DNA from: a virus
Lineage: Duplodnaviria; Heunggongvirae; Uroviricota; Caudoviricetes
DNA: 64,000 nt
IMG/VR virus record: IMGVR_UViG_2875697941_000001
Direction: 5' to 3' (one strand)
Both the position numbers and the translations under genes were made by a program. Below are positions 55,746 to 64,000 of this stretch, piece by piece (within the stretch, counting starts at the first letter, position 1; the number at the start of each line of letters is the position of its first letter). The notes under the pieces are model-generated. The model was not told where the DNA came from. It ran no database searches and worked only from the letters and a program-made list of their open reading frames with translations.

Positions 55746-56405
55746 ATGAAAATGAAATGGTATGAACTGGCTAGATCCAGAATGAAAGAGCTCGGCATAA
55801 CTCAAGAGAAGTTAGCCGAAGAGCTAGGTATGACGCAGGGTGGAATTGGACACTGGTTGCGCGGATCTCGTCATCCATCTCTTAGTGATATTGGTGTGGT
55901 GTTTAAATACCTTGGTATTGATAACATATCATTCAACCACGACGGGACATTTTCACCTGTTGGCGAATACTCATCGGCCCCAGTTAAAAAACAATATGAG
56001 TACCCTGTTTTTTCTCATGTTCAGGCTGGGATGTTCTCTCCAGAACTCAGAACCTTTACCAAAGGCGATGCGGAGAGATTGGTAAGCACAACCAAAAAAG
56101 CCAGTGACTCTGCATTCTGGCTTGAGGTTGAAGGTAACTCGATGACCGCCCCAACAGGTTCCAAACCTAGTTTTCCTGACGGGATGTTAATTCTGGTTGA
56201 CCCTGAGCAGGCTGTTGAGCCAGGTGATTTCTGCATAGCCAGACTTGGTGGTGATGAGTTTACCTTCAAGAAACTGATCAGGGATAGCGGTCAGGTGTTT
56301 CTACAGCCACTAAACCCGCAATATCCAATGATCCCATGCAATGAGAGTTGTTCCGTTGTGGGGAAAGTTATCGCCAGCCAGTGGCCAGAAGAGACGTTTG
56401 GGTAA
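55746..56405 (+). CDS. cI: CI repressor (HTH N-terminal domain, LexA/S24-like autocleavage C-terminal domain)
   Basis: 219 aa from [11 protein letters not shown]; C-terminal domain matches lambda CI; N-terminal DNA-binding domain differs from lambda. Confidence 0.85.
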   Translation: MKMKWYELARSRMKELGITQEKLAEELGMTQGGIGHWLRGSRHPSLSDIGVVFKYLGIDNISFNHDGTFSPVGEYSSAPVKKQYEYPVFSHVQAGMFSPELRTFTKGDAERLVSTTKKASDSAFWLEVEGNSMTAPTGSKPSFPDGMLILVDPEQAVEPGDFCIARLGGDEFTFKKLIRDSGQVFLQPLNPQYPMIPCNESCSVVGKVIASQWPEETFG

Positions 56406-56577
56406 TTTCTCTGTTTGTTTTTTAAGCTATCAATCTCTGGCTTGTGGATAAGTTGGAAGGTATTCGCTGCTAATGTATTGACATTTACAAAATATAGGTA
56501 TTTTGGGGTTGTCTAAAATTACCTATAGGGTAAACTTCACTTAAGCTCCTACATGAGAGCTTCTGAGGAGAGATAAA

Positions 56578-56874
56578 ATGAAAACCTTACGTTGCATGGC
56601 CTACCAGCAGAACGGCGTTTACGTAGCTGCATGTTTAGACCTGTCATTGGCAGCGCAAGCAGATACTATGAAAGAAGCTGTAAACAAACTGGATGAGCAG
56701 ATTAAAGATTTTTTCACTGAAGCGCTATCAGAGCCGGAATATGCAAAACAACTACTAAGTCGGAAAGCACCTTTATCTATGTGGCTTAAGTATTGGGTAA
56801 TTGCATTTCAGGTTTTTGTCAGAAAACGAGGTGAAGCAAAACTCTTTGCTGAGCCTTGTGATGCTCATGCTTAG
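56578..56874 (+). CDS. HicB-like (UPF0150/DUF1902-type) antitoxin candidate
   Basis: 98-aa ORF; VYVAACLDLSLAAQADTMKEAVNKLDEQI resembles the HicB-family core; at the lambda rexA position. Confidence 0.5.
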   Translation: MKTLRCMAYQQNGVYVAACLDLSLAAQADTMKEAVNKLDEQIKDFFTEALSEPEYAKQLLSRKAPLSMWLKYWVIAFQVFVRKRGEAKLFAEPCDAHA

Positions 56875-56885
56875 GGTTACATTAC

Positions 56886-57170
56886 ATGTTCTTGAAAAAG
56901 CTTACTCCTTTGAAATACGACGAGGTAATCAGGGGACTTAAGAAAATGGGGTTTGAAATGAAACCTAAAACAGGAACCTCTCACGAACAGTGGGTTCTCA
57001 AGAACAGTAAAGGAAAATGGGTGGTTACAGTTGATAAGCATCACGCCCCATTCTCCAGAGATTTAATAAAATCCATGGCTAAGCAAGCTGGACTGAAAGC
57101 TCGTCACTTTCATGCGTTATGCAGAGGTGACGCAACGCTTGAGGATATAGGATTCCAAATCATTAGCTAA
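56886..57170 (+). CDS. HicA/YcfA-like toxin candidate
   Basis: 94-aa ORF; GTSHEQWVLKNSKGKWVVTVDKHH...IKSMAKQAGL matches the HicA-type motif; 11 nt after the preceding gene. Confidence 0.5.
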   Translation: MFLKKLTPLKYDEVIRGLKKMGFEMKPKTGTSHEQWVLKNSKGKWVVTVDKHHAPFSRDLIKSMAKQAGLKARHFHALCRGDATLEDIGFQIIS

Positions 57171-57197
57171 AACCCGGCCTCAGCGCCGGGTTTTCTT
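57171..57197 (+). terminator. rho-independent terminator after the toxin-like gene
   Basis: AACCCGGC-CTCAG-CGCCGGGTT followed by TTCTTT. Confidence 0.55.
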
Positions 57198-57383
57198 TGC
57201 CTCACGCCCCCACCTAAAGACACATAACCAAATGTATTTATTGAAAAATAAATAGATACAACTCACTAAACCACGCAATTCTGATCTCTCCTTACATCGC
57301 CGAGGCAATACACCCACGCTAAAAAACAACACTATTAAATACAAAGTGTTATAAAAAATCACCCCATTTTAGAACAAATCGTA

Positions 57384-57412
57384 TTGACCAAATAAAGTAC
57401 ATATCGTACTAT
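57384..57412 (+). promoter_or_regulatory. PL-like promoter (TTGACC-17 bp-TACTAT) with overlapping near-palindrome AGTACATATCGTACT (OL candidate)
   Basis: sigma-70 hexamers with 17-bp spacer read directly, about 190 bp upstream of N. Confidence 0.5.
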
Positions 57413-57602
57413 TTAACCGTCAGCAGGACGCTGGAAGCCAAACGGAACAGACTGGCAGGCTCTTTAAACAACGTCGAACTCTCGACTACGTGGCTGAAAA
57501 GCCAGATCACCCAACCACATGAGCTGTGGGATGCAATGCCGAAGCAACCGTCTCAGGAGGAGCTTCGAGATTGCATCGCCAAAGTTTATTCGGGAGGAAT
57601 CT

Positions 57603-57875
57603 ATGTCCAGAAAAACAGAATTTAAAGGCACCGCAGCTTCTCGCCGTAGAGCTCGTCGCGCAAATCTGCAAAGTCAGAAGGCGATCAGCTCCGACAAGCT
57701 ACACAGGCCAACCCCTTCACGAGTGGTCTTGCAATGCAAGCGCAAACCAGCAATGAGAGCAGAAGTAATAACACTGACAACGCTGACCAGAAAATATGAA
57801 GGCTCAACTTGTCTTCCAAACGTAGCTCTTTACGCGGCAGGCTACCGGAAATCCAAACAACTGACAGCAAGATGA
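57603..57875 (+). CDS. N: N-type antiterminator with arginine-rich motif (P22 gp24-like C-terminus)
   Basis: 90 aa from MSRKTEFKGTAASRRRARRANLQSQK; C-terminus LPNVALYAAGYRKSKQLTAR. Confidence 0.7.
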   Translation: MSRKTEFKGTAASRRRARRANLQSQKAISSDKLHRPTPSRVVLQCKRKPAMRAEVITLTTLTRKYEGSTCLPNVALYAAGYRKSKQLTAR

Positions 57876-57933
57876 CTTGTGTTGGTCGCCAGAAAATGAA
57901 ATTAGGCAGCAAACCACTTATTTGAGGTGAGAT

Positions 57934-58020
57934 ATGGAAGAAGAATTTGAAGAGTTCGAAGATCATCCTCAGGATGTGATGGAACAATACCAGGACTATC
58001 CGTATGACTACGACTATTGA
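57934..58020 (+). CDS. 28-aa highly acidic micro-ORF
   Basis: MEEEFEEFEDHPQDVMEQYQDYPYDYDY with GAGGTGA RBS; below ORF-track size cutoff; position and length suggest lambda orf28, not verified. Confidence 0.35.
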   Translation: MEEEFEEFEDHPQDVMEQYQDYPYDYDY

Positions 58021-58159
58021 TAAGAATCAATGGTGTAGACAATACGAACGACGACAATGATTGCCAGAGAACTTGGTAAACAGAACTACAAGGCTGCCTG
58101 ATGGTGGCCTTTATTTTTGTCCGTAAATAATTTCATGCTTATTACAATCAAGGTGATAT

Positions 58160-58609
58160 ATGGAAGAACAAGCAAACAAGATTCTCGTAGAACTACTGCA
58201 AAAAGCCAGTAATGGAATAGACGCGGCTGTTTCATTTAGCCAGGCACAGATTCCTGATGTTGTTCATCAGTTGCTGCTATGGAATATGGTTGACAGTCTG
58301 ATTAAAACATTAATGGCCATTCTAACAATCCCACTGGTTTTCTGGTTTATGAAGAAGCAGTGCCAAAGAGTTGAGACAGGTAAAATCGGTGATGAAGGAT
58401 ATTCATGGGAGAAAGGAAATCCCAAATACAGGCCGACAATGGTTTGGGATAGCAAAGGTGATATTAATCTTCTTATCATGCCATTGGTTGGAGTTTTGAC
58501 TCTGTGGGGGATTTTTATTATTGGTGTAGTAACCAATATGACTTGGTTAAAAATTTGGCTGGCCCCAAAGCTTTACCTTATCGAATATGCAGCATCATTG
58601 GTTAAGTAA
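58160..58609 (+). CDS. small inner-membrane protein (two predicted TM helices), superinfection-exclusion candidate
   Basis: 149-aa ORF with hydrophobic segments LMAILTIPLVFWFM and LLIMPLVGVLTLWGIFIIGVV; AAGGTGA RBS; lies where lambda carries ral/sieB. Confidence 0.5.
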   Translation: MEEQANKILVELLQKASNGIDAAVSFSQAQIPDVVHQLLLWNMVDSLIKTLMAILTIPLVFWFMKKQCQRVETGKIGDEGYSWEKGNPKYRPTMVWDSKGDINLLIMPLVGVLTLWGIFIIGVVTNMTWLKIWLAPKLYLIEYAASLVK

Positions 58610-58611
58610 TT

Positions 58612-58640
58612 TCAGGCCGCATAGTCGGCCTTTATTTTTG
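58612..58640 (+). terminator. hairpin terminator
   Basis: AGGCCG-CATAGT-CGGCCT followed by TTATTTTTGG. Confidence 0.45.
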
Positions 58641-58804
58641 GCATAAACAACAGAATAAACACTGCACTGTGTATTCATTCCAACGAGTGAATACACGGAG
58701 CAATGTCGCTCGTAACTAAACAGGAGCCGACTTGTTCTGATTATTGGAAATCTTCTTTGCCCTCCAGTGTGAAGGCGATTTTTTATCTATGAGGATATGA
58801 ATAG

Positions 58805-59173
58805 ATGTCAAACATCAAAAAATACATCATTGATTACGACTGGAAAGCATCAATAGAAATTGAAATCGACCATGACGTAATGACAGAGGAAAAACTTCAC
58901 CAGATTAATAATTTCTGGTCAGACTCTGAATACCGACTCAATAAACACGGCTCTTTATTAAATGCTGTATTAATCATGCTGGCGCAACATGCTCTGCTTA
59001 TAGCAATTTCGAAAGACTTAAATGCATATGGTGTTGTTTGTGAGTTCGACTGGGATGATGGAAATGGTCAGGAAGGATGGCCTCCAATGGATGGTAGTGA
59101 AGGAATAAGAATTACCGATATCGATACATCAGGAATATTTGATTCAGATGATATGACTATCAAGGCCGCCTGA
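58805..59173 (+). CDS. hypothetical protein, lambda Ea10 position
   Basis: 122-aa ORF between the membrane protein and cIII. Confidence 0.5.
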   Translation: MSNIKKYIIDYDWKASIEIEIDHDVMTEEKLHQINNFWSDSEYRLNKHGSLLNAVLIMLAQHALLIAISKDLNAYGVVCEFDWDDGNGQEGWPPMDGSEGIRITDIDTSGIFDSDDMTIKAA

Positions 59174-59245
59174 GTGCGGTTTTACCGCATACCAATAACG
59201 CTTCACTCGAGGCGTTTTTCGTTATGTATAAATAAGGAGCACACC

Positions 59246-59410
59246 ATGCAATATGCCATTGCAGGGTGGCCTGTTGCTGGCTGCCCTTCCGAATCTTTAC
59301 TTGAACGAATCACCCGTAAATTACGTGACGGATGGAAACGCCTTATCGACATGCTTAATCAGCCAGGAGTCCCAAAGAATGGATCAAACACTTATGGCTA
59401 TCCAGACTAA
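59246..59410 (+). CDS. cIII: CIII (FtsH inhibitor)
   Basis: [54 protein letters not shown] matches lambda CIII. Confidence 0.95.
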   Translation: MQYAIAGWPVAGCPSESLLERITRKLRDGWKRLIDMLNQPGVPKNGSNTYGYPD

Positions 59411-59522
59411 ATTCACTATCGCCACTTTTATTGGCGATGAAAAGATGTTTCGTGAAGCCGTCGACGCTTATAAAAAATGGATATTAATACTGAAACTGAG
59501 ATCAAGCAAAAGCATTCACTAA
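59379..59522 (+). CDS. kil: Kil (FtsZ inhibitor)
   Basis: 47 aa [47 protein letters not shown]; overlaps cIII 3' end as in lambda. Confidence 0.85.
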   Translation: MDQTLMAIQTKFTIATFIGDEKMFREAVDAYKKWILILKLRSSKSIH

Positions 59523-59595
59523 CCCCTTTCCTGTTTTCCTAATCAGCCCGGCATTTCGCGGGCGATATTTTCACAGCTATTTCAGGAGTTCAGCC

Positions 59596-59892
59596 ATGAA
59601 CGCTTATTACATTCAGGATCGTCTTGAGGCTCAGAGCTGGGCGCGTCACTACCAGCAGATCGCCCGTGAAGAGAAAGAGGCAGAACTGGCAGACGACATG
59701 GAAAAAGGCCTGCCCCAGCACCTGTTTGAATCACTCTGCATCGATCATTTACAACGCCACGGGGCCAGTAAAAAAGCCATTACCCGTGCGTTTGATGACG
59801 ATGTTGAGTTTCAGGAGCGCATGGCAGAACACATCCGGTACATGGTTGAAACCATTGCTCACCACCAGGTTGATATTGATTCAGAGGTATAA
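59596..59892 (+). CDS. gam: Gam (RecBCD inhibitor)
   Basis: 98 aa [38 protein letters not shown] matches lambda GamS. Confidence 0.95.
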   Translation: MNAYYIQDRLEAQSWARHYQQIAREEKEAELADDMEKGLPQHLFESLCIDHLQRHGASKKAITRAFDDDVEFQERMAEHIRYMVETIAHHQVDIDSEV

Positions 59893-59897
59893 AACGG

Positions 59898-60683
59898 ATG
59901 AGTACAGCACTCGCAACGCTGGCTGGGAAGCTGGCTGAACGTGTCGGCATGGATTCTGTCGACCCACAGGAACTGATCACCACTCTTCGCCAGACGGCAT
60001 TTAAAGGTGATGCCAGCGATGCGCAGTTCATCGCATTGTTGATCGTCGCCAACCAGTACGGCCTTAATCCGTGGACGAAAGAAATTTACGCCTTCCCTGA
60101 CAAGCAGAACGGCATCGTTCCGGTGGTGGGCGTTGATGGCTGGTCCCGTATCATCAATGAAAACCAGCAATTTGATGGCATGGACTTTGAGCAGGACAAT
60201 GAATCATGTACATGCCGGATTTACCGCAAGGACCGTAATCATCCGATCTGCGTTACCGAGTGGATGGATGAATGCCGCCGCGAACCATTCAAAACTCGCG
60301 AAGGCAGAGAAATCACGGGGCCGTGGCAGTCGCATCCCAAACGGATGTTACGGCATAAAGCTATGATTCAGTGTGCCCGTCTCGCCTTCGGATTTGCTGG
60401 TATCTATGACAAGGATGAAGCCGAGCGCATTGTCGAAAATACCGCATACACTGCAGAACGTCAGCCGGAACGCGACATCACTCCGGTTAACGATGAAACC
60501 ATGCAGGAGATTAACACTCTGCTGATCGCCCTGGATAAAACATGGGATGACGACTTATTGCCGCTCTGTTCCCAGATATTTCGCCGCGACATTCGCGCAT
60601 CGTCAGAACTGACACAGGCCGAAGCAGTGAAAGCTCTTGGATTCCTGAAACAGAAAGCCACTGAGCAGAAGGTGGCAGCATGA
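59898..60683 (+). CDS. bet: Bet (Red-beta single-strand annealing protein)
   Basis: 261-aa [46 protein letters not shown] matches lambda Bet. Confidence 0.95.
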   Translation: MSTALATLAGKLAERVGMDSVDPQELITTLRQTAFKGDASDAQFIALLIVANQYGLNPWTKEIYAFPDKQNGIVPVVGVDGWSRIINENQQFDGMDFEQDNESCTCRIYRKDRNHPICVTEWMDECRREPFKTREGREITGPWQSHPKRMLRHKAMIQCARLAFGFAGIYDKDEAERIVENTAYTAERQPERDITPVNDETMQEINTLLIALDKTWDDDLLPLCSQIFRRDIRASSELTQAEAVKALGFLKQKATEQKVAA

Positions 60684-61360
60684 TACCGGACATTATCCTG
60701 CAGCGTACCGGGATCGACGTGAGAGCTGTCGAACAGGGGGATGATGCATGGCACAAATTACGGCTCGGCGTCATCACCGCTTCAGAAGTTCACAACGTGA
60801 TAGCAAAGCCCCGCTCAGGAAAGAAGTGGCCTGACATGAAAATGTCCTACTTCCACACCCTGCTGGCTGAGGTTTGCACCGGTGTGGCTCCGGAAGTTAA
60901 TGCTAAGGCGCTGGCCTGGGGAAAACAGTACGAGAACGACGCCAGAACCCTGTTTGAATTCACTTCCGGCGTGAATATTACTGAATCCCCGATCATCTAT
61001 CGCGACGAAAGTATGCGCACCGCCTGCTCTCCCGATGGTTTATGCAGTGACGGCAACGGCCTGGAACTGAAATGCCCGTTTACCTCCCGGGATTTCATGA
61101 AATTCCGGCTCGGTGGTTTCGAGGCAATAAAATCGGCTTACATGGCCCAGGTGCAGTACAGCATGTGGGTGACGCGAAAAGATGCCTGGTACTTTGCCAA
61201 CTATGACCCGCGTATGAAGCGTGAAGGCCTGCATTATGTCGTGGTTGAGCGGGATGAAAAGTACATGGCGAGTTTTGACGAGATGGTGCCGGAGTTCATC
61301 GAAAAAATGGACGAGGCACTGGCTGAAATTGGTTTTGTATTTGGGGAGCAATGGCGATGA
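60680..61360 (+). CDS. exo: Exo (Red-alpha 5'-3' exonuclease)
   Basis: 226-aa [43 protein letters not shown] matches lambda Exo. Confidence 0.95.
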   Translation: MIPDIILQRTGIDVRAVEQGDDAWHKLRLGVITASEVHNVIAKPRSGKKWPDMKMSYFHTLLAEVCTGVAPEVNAKALAWGKQYENDARTLFEFTSGVNITESPIIYRDESMRTACSPDGLCSDGNGLELKCPFTSRDFMKFRLGGFEAIKSAYMAQVQYSMWVTRKDAWYFANYDPRMKREGLHYVVVERDEKYMASFDEMVPEFIEKMDEALAEIGFVFGEQWR

Positions 61361-61539
61361 AGCATCCTCACGATAATATCCGGGTAGGTGCGATCACTTT
61401 CGTCTACTCCGTTACAAAGCGAGGCTGGGTATTTCCCGGCCTTTCTGTTATCAGAAATCCCCTGAAAGCACAGCGGCTGGCTGAGGAGATAAATAATAAA
61501 CGGGGGGCTGTATGCACAAAGCATCTCCTGTTGAGTTAA
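61351..61539 (+). CDS. small hypothetical protein (lambda b2-side early region)
   Basis: 62-aa ORF overlapping exo stop. Confidence 0.4.
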   Translation: MAMKHPHDNIRVGAITFVYSVTKRGWVFPGLSVIRNPLKAQRLAEEINNKRGAVCTKHLLLS

Positions 61540-61703
61540 GAACGTGTATCGAGATGGCACATAGCCTCGCTCAAATTGGAGTCAGGTTTGTGCCAATACC
61601 AGTAGAAACAGACGAAGAATTTCATACGTTAGCCGCATCCCTTTCACAAAAGCTGGAAATGATGGTGGCGAAAGCAGAAGCAGATGAGAGAGACCAGGTA
61701 TGA
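61512..61703 (+). CDS. small hypothetical protein
   Basis: 63-aa ORF; stop overlaps next ATG. Confidence 0.4.
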   Translation: MHKASPVELRTCIEMAHSLAQIGVRFVPIPVETDEEFHTLAASLSQKLEMMVAKAEADERDQV

Positions 61704-61783
61704 CAACCACTGAATGCATTTTTCTGGCAGCGGGCTTCATATTCTGTGTGCTTATGCTTGCCGACATGGGACTTGTTCAATGA
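61700..61783 (+). CDS. 27-aa hydrophobic micro-ORF, translationally coupled on both sides
   Basis: MTTTECIFLAAGFIFCVLMLADMGLVQ; ATGA overlaps at 61700..61703 and 61780..61783; below ORF-track cutoff. Confidence 0.3.
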   Translation: MTTTECIFLAAGFIFCVLMLADMGLVQ

Positions 61784-61995
61784 CACCTCAGCAAGAAAAC
61801 GCCCTTCGCAGCATTGCCCGTCAGGCTAACTCTGAAATCAAAAAAGCCAGACAGCAGTTTCCGGATAAAAACGTCGATGACATTTGCCGTAGCGTACTGA
61901 AGAAGCACCGCGAAACGGTAACGCTGATGGGATTCACACCGACTCATTTAAGTCTGGCGATCGGCATGTTAAACGGCGTCTTTAAGGAGCGATGA
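61780..61995 (+). CDS. small hypothetical protein
   Basis: 71 aa from MTPQQENALRSIARQANSEIKKARQQF. Confidence 0.4.
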   Translation: MTPQQENALRSIARQANSEIKKARQQFPDKNVDDICRSVLKKHRETVTLMGFTPTHLSLAIGMLNGVFKER

Positions 61996-62093
61996 ACATG
62001 AAAAGCAAAATCATCAGGGAGCTACAGGCTCCTTTTTTATTATTCGCATTCACCCTCAAGCGTATTAACCAACAATTCAGGGATTAATGAAAG

Positions 62094-62312
62094 ATGGCAG
62101 ACATAATTGATTCAGCATCAGAAATCGAAGAATTACAGCGCAATACAGCAATAAAAATGCGTCGTCTGAACTACCAGACTGTATCTGCCACTCATTGTTG
62201 TGAGTGTGGCGATCCGATAGATGAGCGAAGACGCCTGGCTGTTCAGGGTTGTCGGACTTGTGCAAGTTGCCAGGAGGAGATCGAACTTAAGAACAAACAA
62301 TGGGGACTGTGA
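62094..62312 (+). CDS. TraR/DksA-type C4 zinc-finger protein
   Basis: 72-aa ORF with CxxC...CxxC (CCECGDPIDERRRLAVQGCRTCASC). Confidence 0.6.
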   Translation: MADIIDSASEIEELQRNTAIKMRRLNYQTVSATHCCECGDPIDERRRLAVQGCRTCASCQEEIELKNKQWGL

Positions 62313-62359
62313 TGGCCTCAAAGCAGCAAATTTCAACATCGTCCAACTGAGGTGTAAAA

Positions 62360-62638
62360 ATGTTCAGAATCATTTTTCCTAACACCTGGTACGTCGACCA
62401 CCACGGTACTCCCTGCAAAATCCTGCGTTCTACCCACAACAAAGTTCACTACATCCGAAAAGGCAGAACATGTATCGCCAGCATGTTCCGCTTTAATCAT
62501 GACTTTGAACCTGTGAATAAAGCTGATGCAGATCGGATAGCAGAAGAGATCGAAACGGCAGAACACATTAAGAAGTTACGTGACATGCGTTCAAAAAGCA
62601 GAGGTAACCATGGAATCATACAGCCTCACACTCGATGA
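62360..62638 (+). CDS. hypothetical protein
   Basis: 92-aa ORF upstream of xis. Confidence 0.4.
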   Translation: MFRIIFPNTWYVDHHGTPCKILRSTHNKVHYIRKGRTCIASMFRFNHDFEPVNKADADRIAEEIETAEHIKKLRDMRSKSRGNHGIIQPHTR

Positions 62639-62981
62639 GGCCTGTCAGTTTCTTAAGATATCCAGACCAACCGCCACCAACTGGATACGAACAGGCCGCC
62701 TACAGGCAACACGTAAAGATCCAACCAAGCCAAAATCTCCTTACCTCACAACACGGCAAGCCTGCATTGCGGCGCTTCAGTCTCCGCTGCATACTGTCCA
62801 GGTGAGCGCGGGTGATGGCATAACAGAGGAAAGAAAATGTCACTCTTCCGCAGAAATGAAATATGGTATGCCTCGTATTCGCTCCCGGGCGGGAAACGAA
62901 TTAAGGAATCTCTTGGCACAAAGGACAAGCGGCAAGCTCAGGAGTTGCACGACAAGCGAAAAGCAGAACTCTGGCGAGTAG
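62610..62981 (+). CDS. xis: excisionase-like protein (AlpA/Xis-type HTH), frame extends about 145 nt into int
   Basis: [38 protein letters not shown]; immediately upstream of int; unusually long C-terminal extension. Confidence 0.55.
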   Translation: MESYSLTLDEACQFLKISRPTATNWIRTGRLQATRKDPTKPKSPYLTTRQACIAALQSPLHTVQVSAGDGITEERKCHSSAEMKYGMPRIRSRAGNELRNLLAQRTSGKLRSCTTSEKQNSGE

Positions 62982-64000
62982 AAAAGCTAGGGGATTTACC
63001 TGATGTCACTTTTGAAGAGGCCTGCCTAAGATGGCTTGAGGAAAAAGCTGATAAAAAATCTCTCGATTCAGATAAAAGCCGGATTGAGTTCTGGCTTGAA
63101 CATTTTGAGGGTATAAGGCTTAAAGATATCTCGGAGGCAAAGATTTACTCTGCTGTAAGCAGAATGCATAACAGAAAGACGAAAGAAATATGGAAACAGA
63201 AAGTTCAGGCCGCCATCAGGAAAGGTAAAGAACCGCCTGTTTATGAACCAAAGCCAGTATCAACTCAGACAAAGGCAAAGCATCTTGCCATGATAAAGGC
63301 CATTCTCCGTGCTGCAGAACGCGACTGGAAGTGGCTGGAAAAAGCGCCTGTCATCAAGATACCAGCGGTCAGAAACAAGCGAGTCAGATGGCTGGAAAAG
63401 GAGGAAGCAAAACGCCTTATTGATGAGTGCCCCGAACCACTGAAATCTGTCGTCAAGTTTGCGCTGGCAACTGGTCTGAGAAAGTCGAACATCATAAATC
63501 TGGAATGGCAACAAATCGACATGCAGCGACGAGTTGCCTGGGTGAATCCAGAAGAGAGCAAATCAAACCGCGCCATTGGTGTGGCGCTGAACGATACCGC
63601 CTGTAAAGTGTTGCGTGATCAAATAGGCAAGCATCACAAATGGGTGTTTGTACATACCAAGGCGGCTAAGCGAGCAGATGGAACATCAACGCCTGCGGTC
63701 AGGAAGATGCGCATCGACAGCAAGACATCATGGCTATCAGCTTGTCGTCGTGCAGGAATTGAAGATTTCCGTTTCCATGACCTCAGACACACCTGGGCAA
63801 GCTGGCTGATTCAGTCAGGCGTCCCATTATCAGTGCTTCAGGAAATGGGCGGATGGGAGTCCATAGAAATGGTTCGTAGGTATGCTCACCTTGCGCCTAA
63901 TCATTTGACAGAGCATGCGAGGAAAATAGACGACATTTTTGGTGATAATGTCCCAAATATGTCCCACTCTGGAATTATGGAGGATATAAAGAAGGCGTAA
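62837..64000 (+). CDS. int: tyrosine integrase (lambdoid, DLP12 IntD-like)
   Basis: 387-aa [50 protein letters not shown]; C-terminal [10 protein letters not shown]...RYAHL catalytic motifs; stop at window end. Confidence 0.9.
   Translation: MSLFRRNEIWYASYSLPGGKRIKESLGTKDKRQAQELHDKRKAELWRVEKLGDLPDVTFEEACLRWLEEKADKKSLDSDKSRIEFWLEHFEGIRLKDISEAKIYSAVSRMHNRKTKEIWKQKVQAAIRKGKEPPVYEPKPVSTQTKAKHLAMIKAILRAAERDWKWLEKAPVIKIPAVRNKRVRWLEKEEAKRLIDECPEPLKSVVKFALATGLRKSNIINLEWQQIDMQRRVAWVNPEESKSNRAIGVALNDTACKVLRDQIGKHHKWVFVHTKAAKRADGTSTPAVRKMRIDSKTSWLSACRRAGIEDFRFHDLRHTWASWLIQSGVPLSVLQEMGGWESIEMVRRYAHLAPNHLTEHARKIDDIFGDNVPNMSHSGIMEDIKKA

Noticed and set aside
58085-58115. Possible terminator hairpin after the acidic micro-ORF
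   Set aside because: Only a 4 to 5 bp stem with a 12-nt loop; too weak to call.

Overview
The window is a composite of two well-known phage backbones joined abruptly. Positions 1 to about 22,750 are a P1-family phage-plasmid segment. It carries the immI-type c4 RNA / icd / ant cassette, kilA and a repL-like gene, C1-operator-like 17-mers, structural genes, a P1-type parA-parB-parS partition module, an iteron-flanked RepA replicon whose iterons differ from those I recall for P1, an overlapped spanin pair, an RdgC-like gene and a bifunctional Dmt-like methyltransferase that appears 3'-truncated. Positions about 22,940 to 64,000 are a lambdoid prophage in inverted orientation with a lambda-type morphogenesis block (tfa/stf, lom, J, I, K, L, M, H, G/T, V, U, Z, FII, FI, E, D, C, B, W, A, Nu1, cos). 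It also has phage-21-like pinholin/SAR-endolysin lysis genes, Rz/Rz1, bor, an nmpC-like porin, Q, rusA, a nin region, P, O with ori iterons, cII, a non-lambda immunity region (cro, cI, N), cIII, kil, gam, bet, exo, xis and int. All calls rest on reading the translated ORFs and the DNA against remembered protein families; no database search was run. The best candidates for accessory or undescribed function are: (i) a GIY-YIG/T5orf172-like gene with its own terminator between the incA iterons and parA; (ii) an AT-rich island with a DUF3800-like protein, a translationally coupled partner and a convergent small gene; (iii) a HicB-like/HicA-like pair at the lambda rexAB position next to cI; and (iv) a small membrane protein between N and cIII. 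The window also shows likely assembly problems: a 21-N gap flanked by a 112-bp duplication inside K, and a 136-bp tandem duplication plus a roughly 70-bp deletion that break J.
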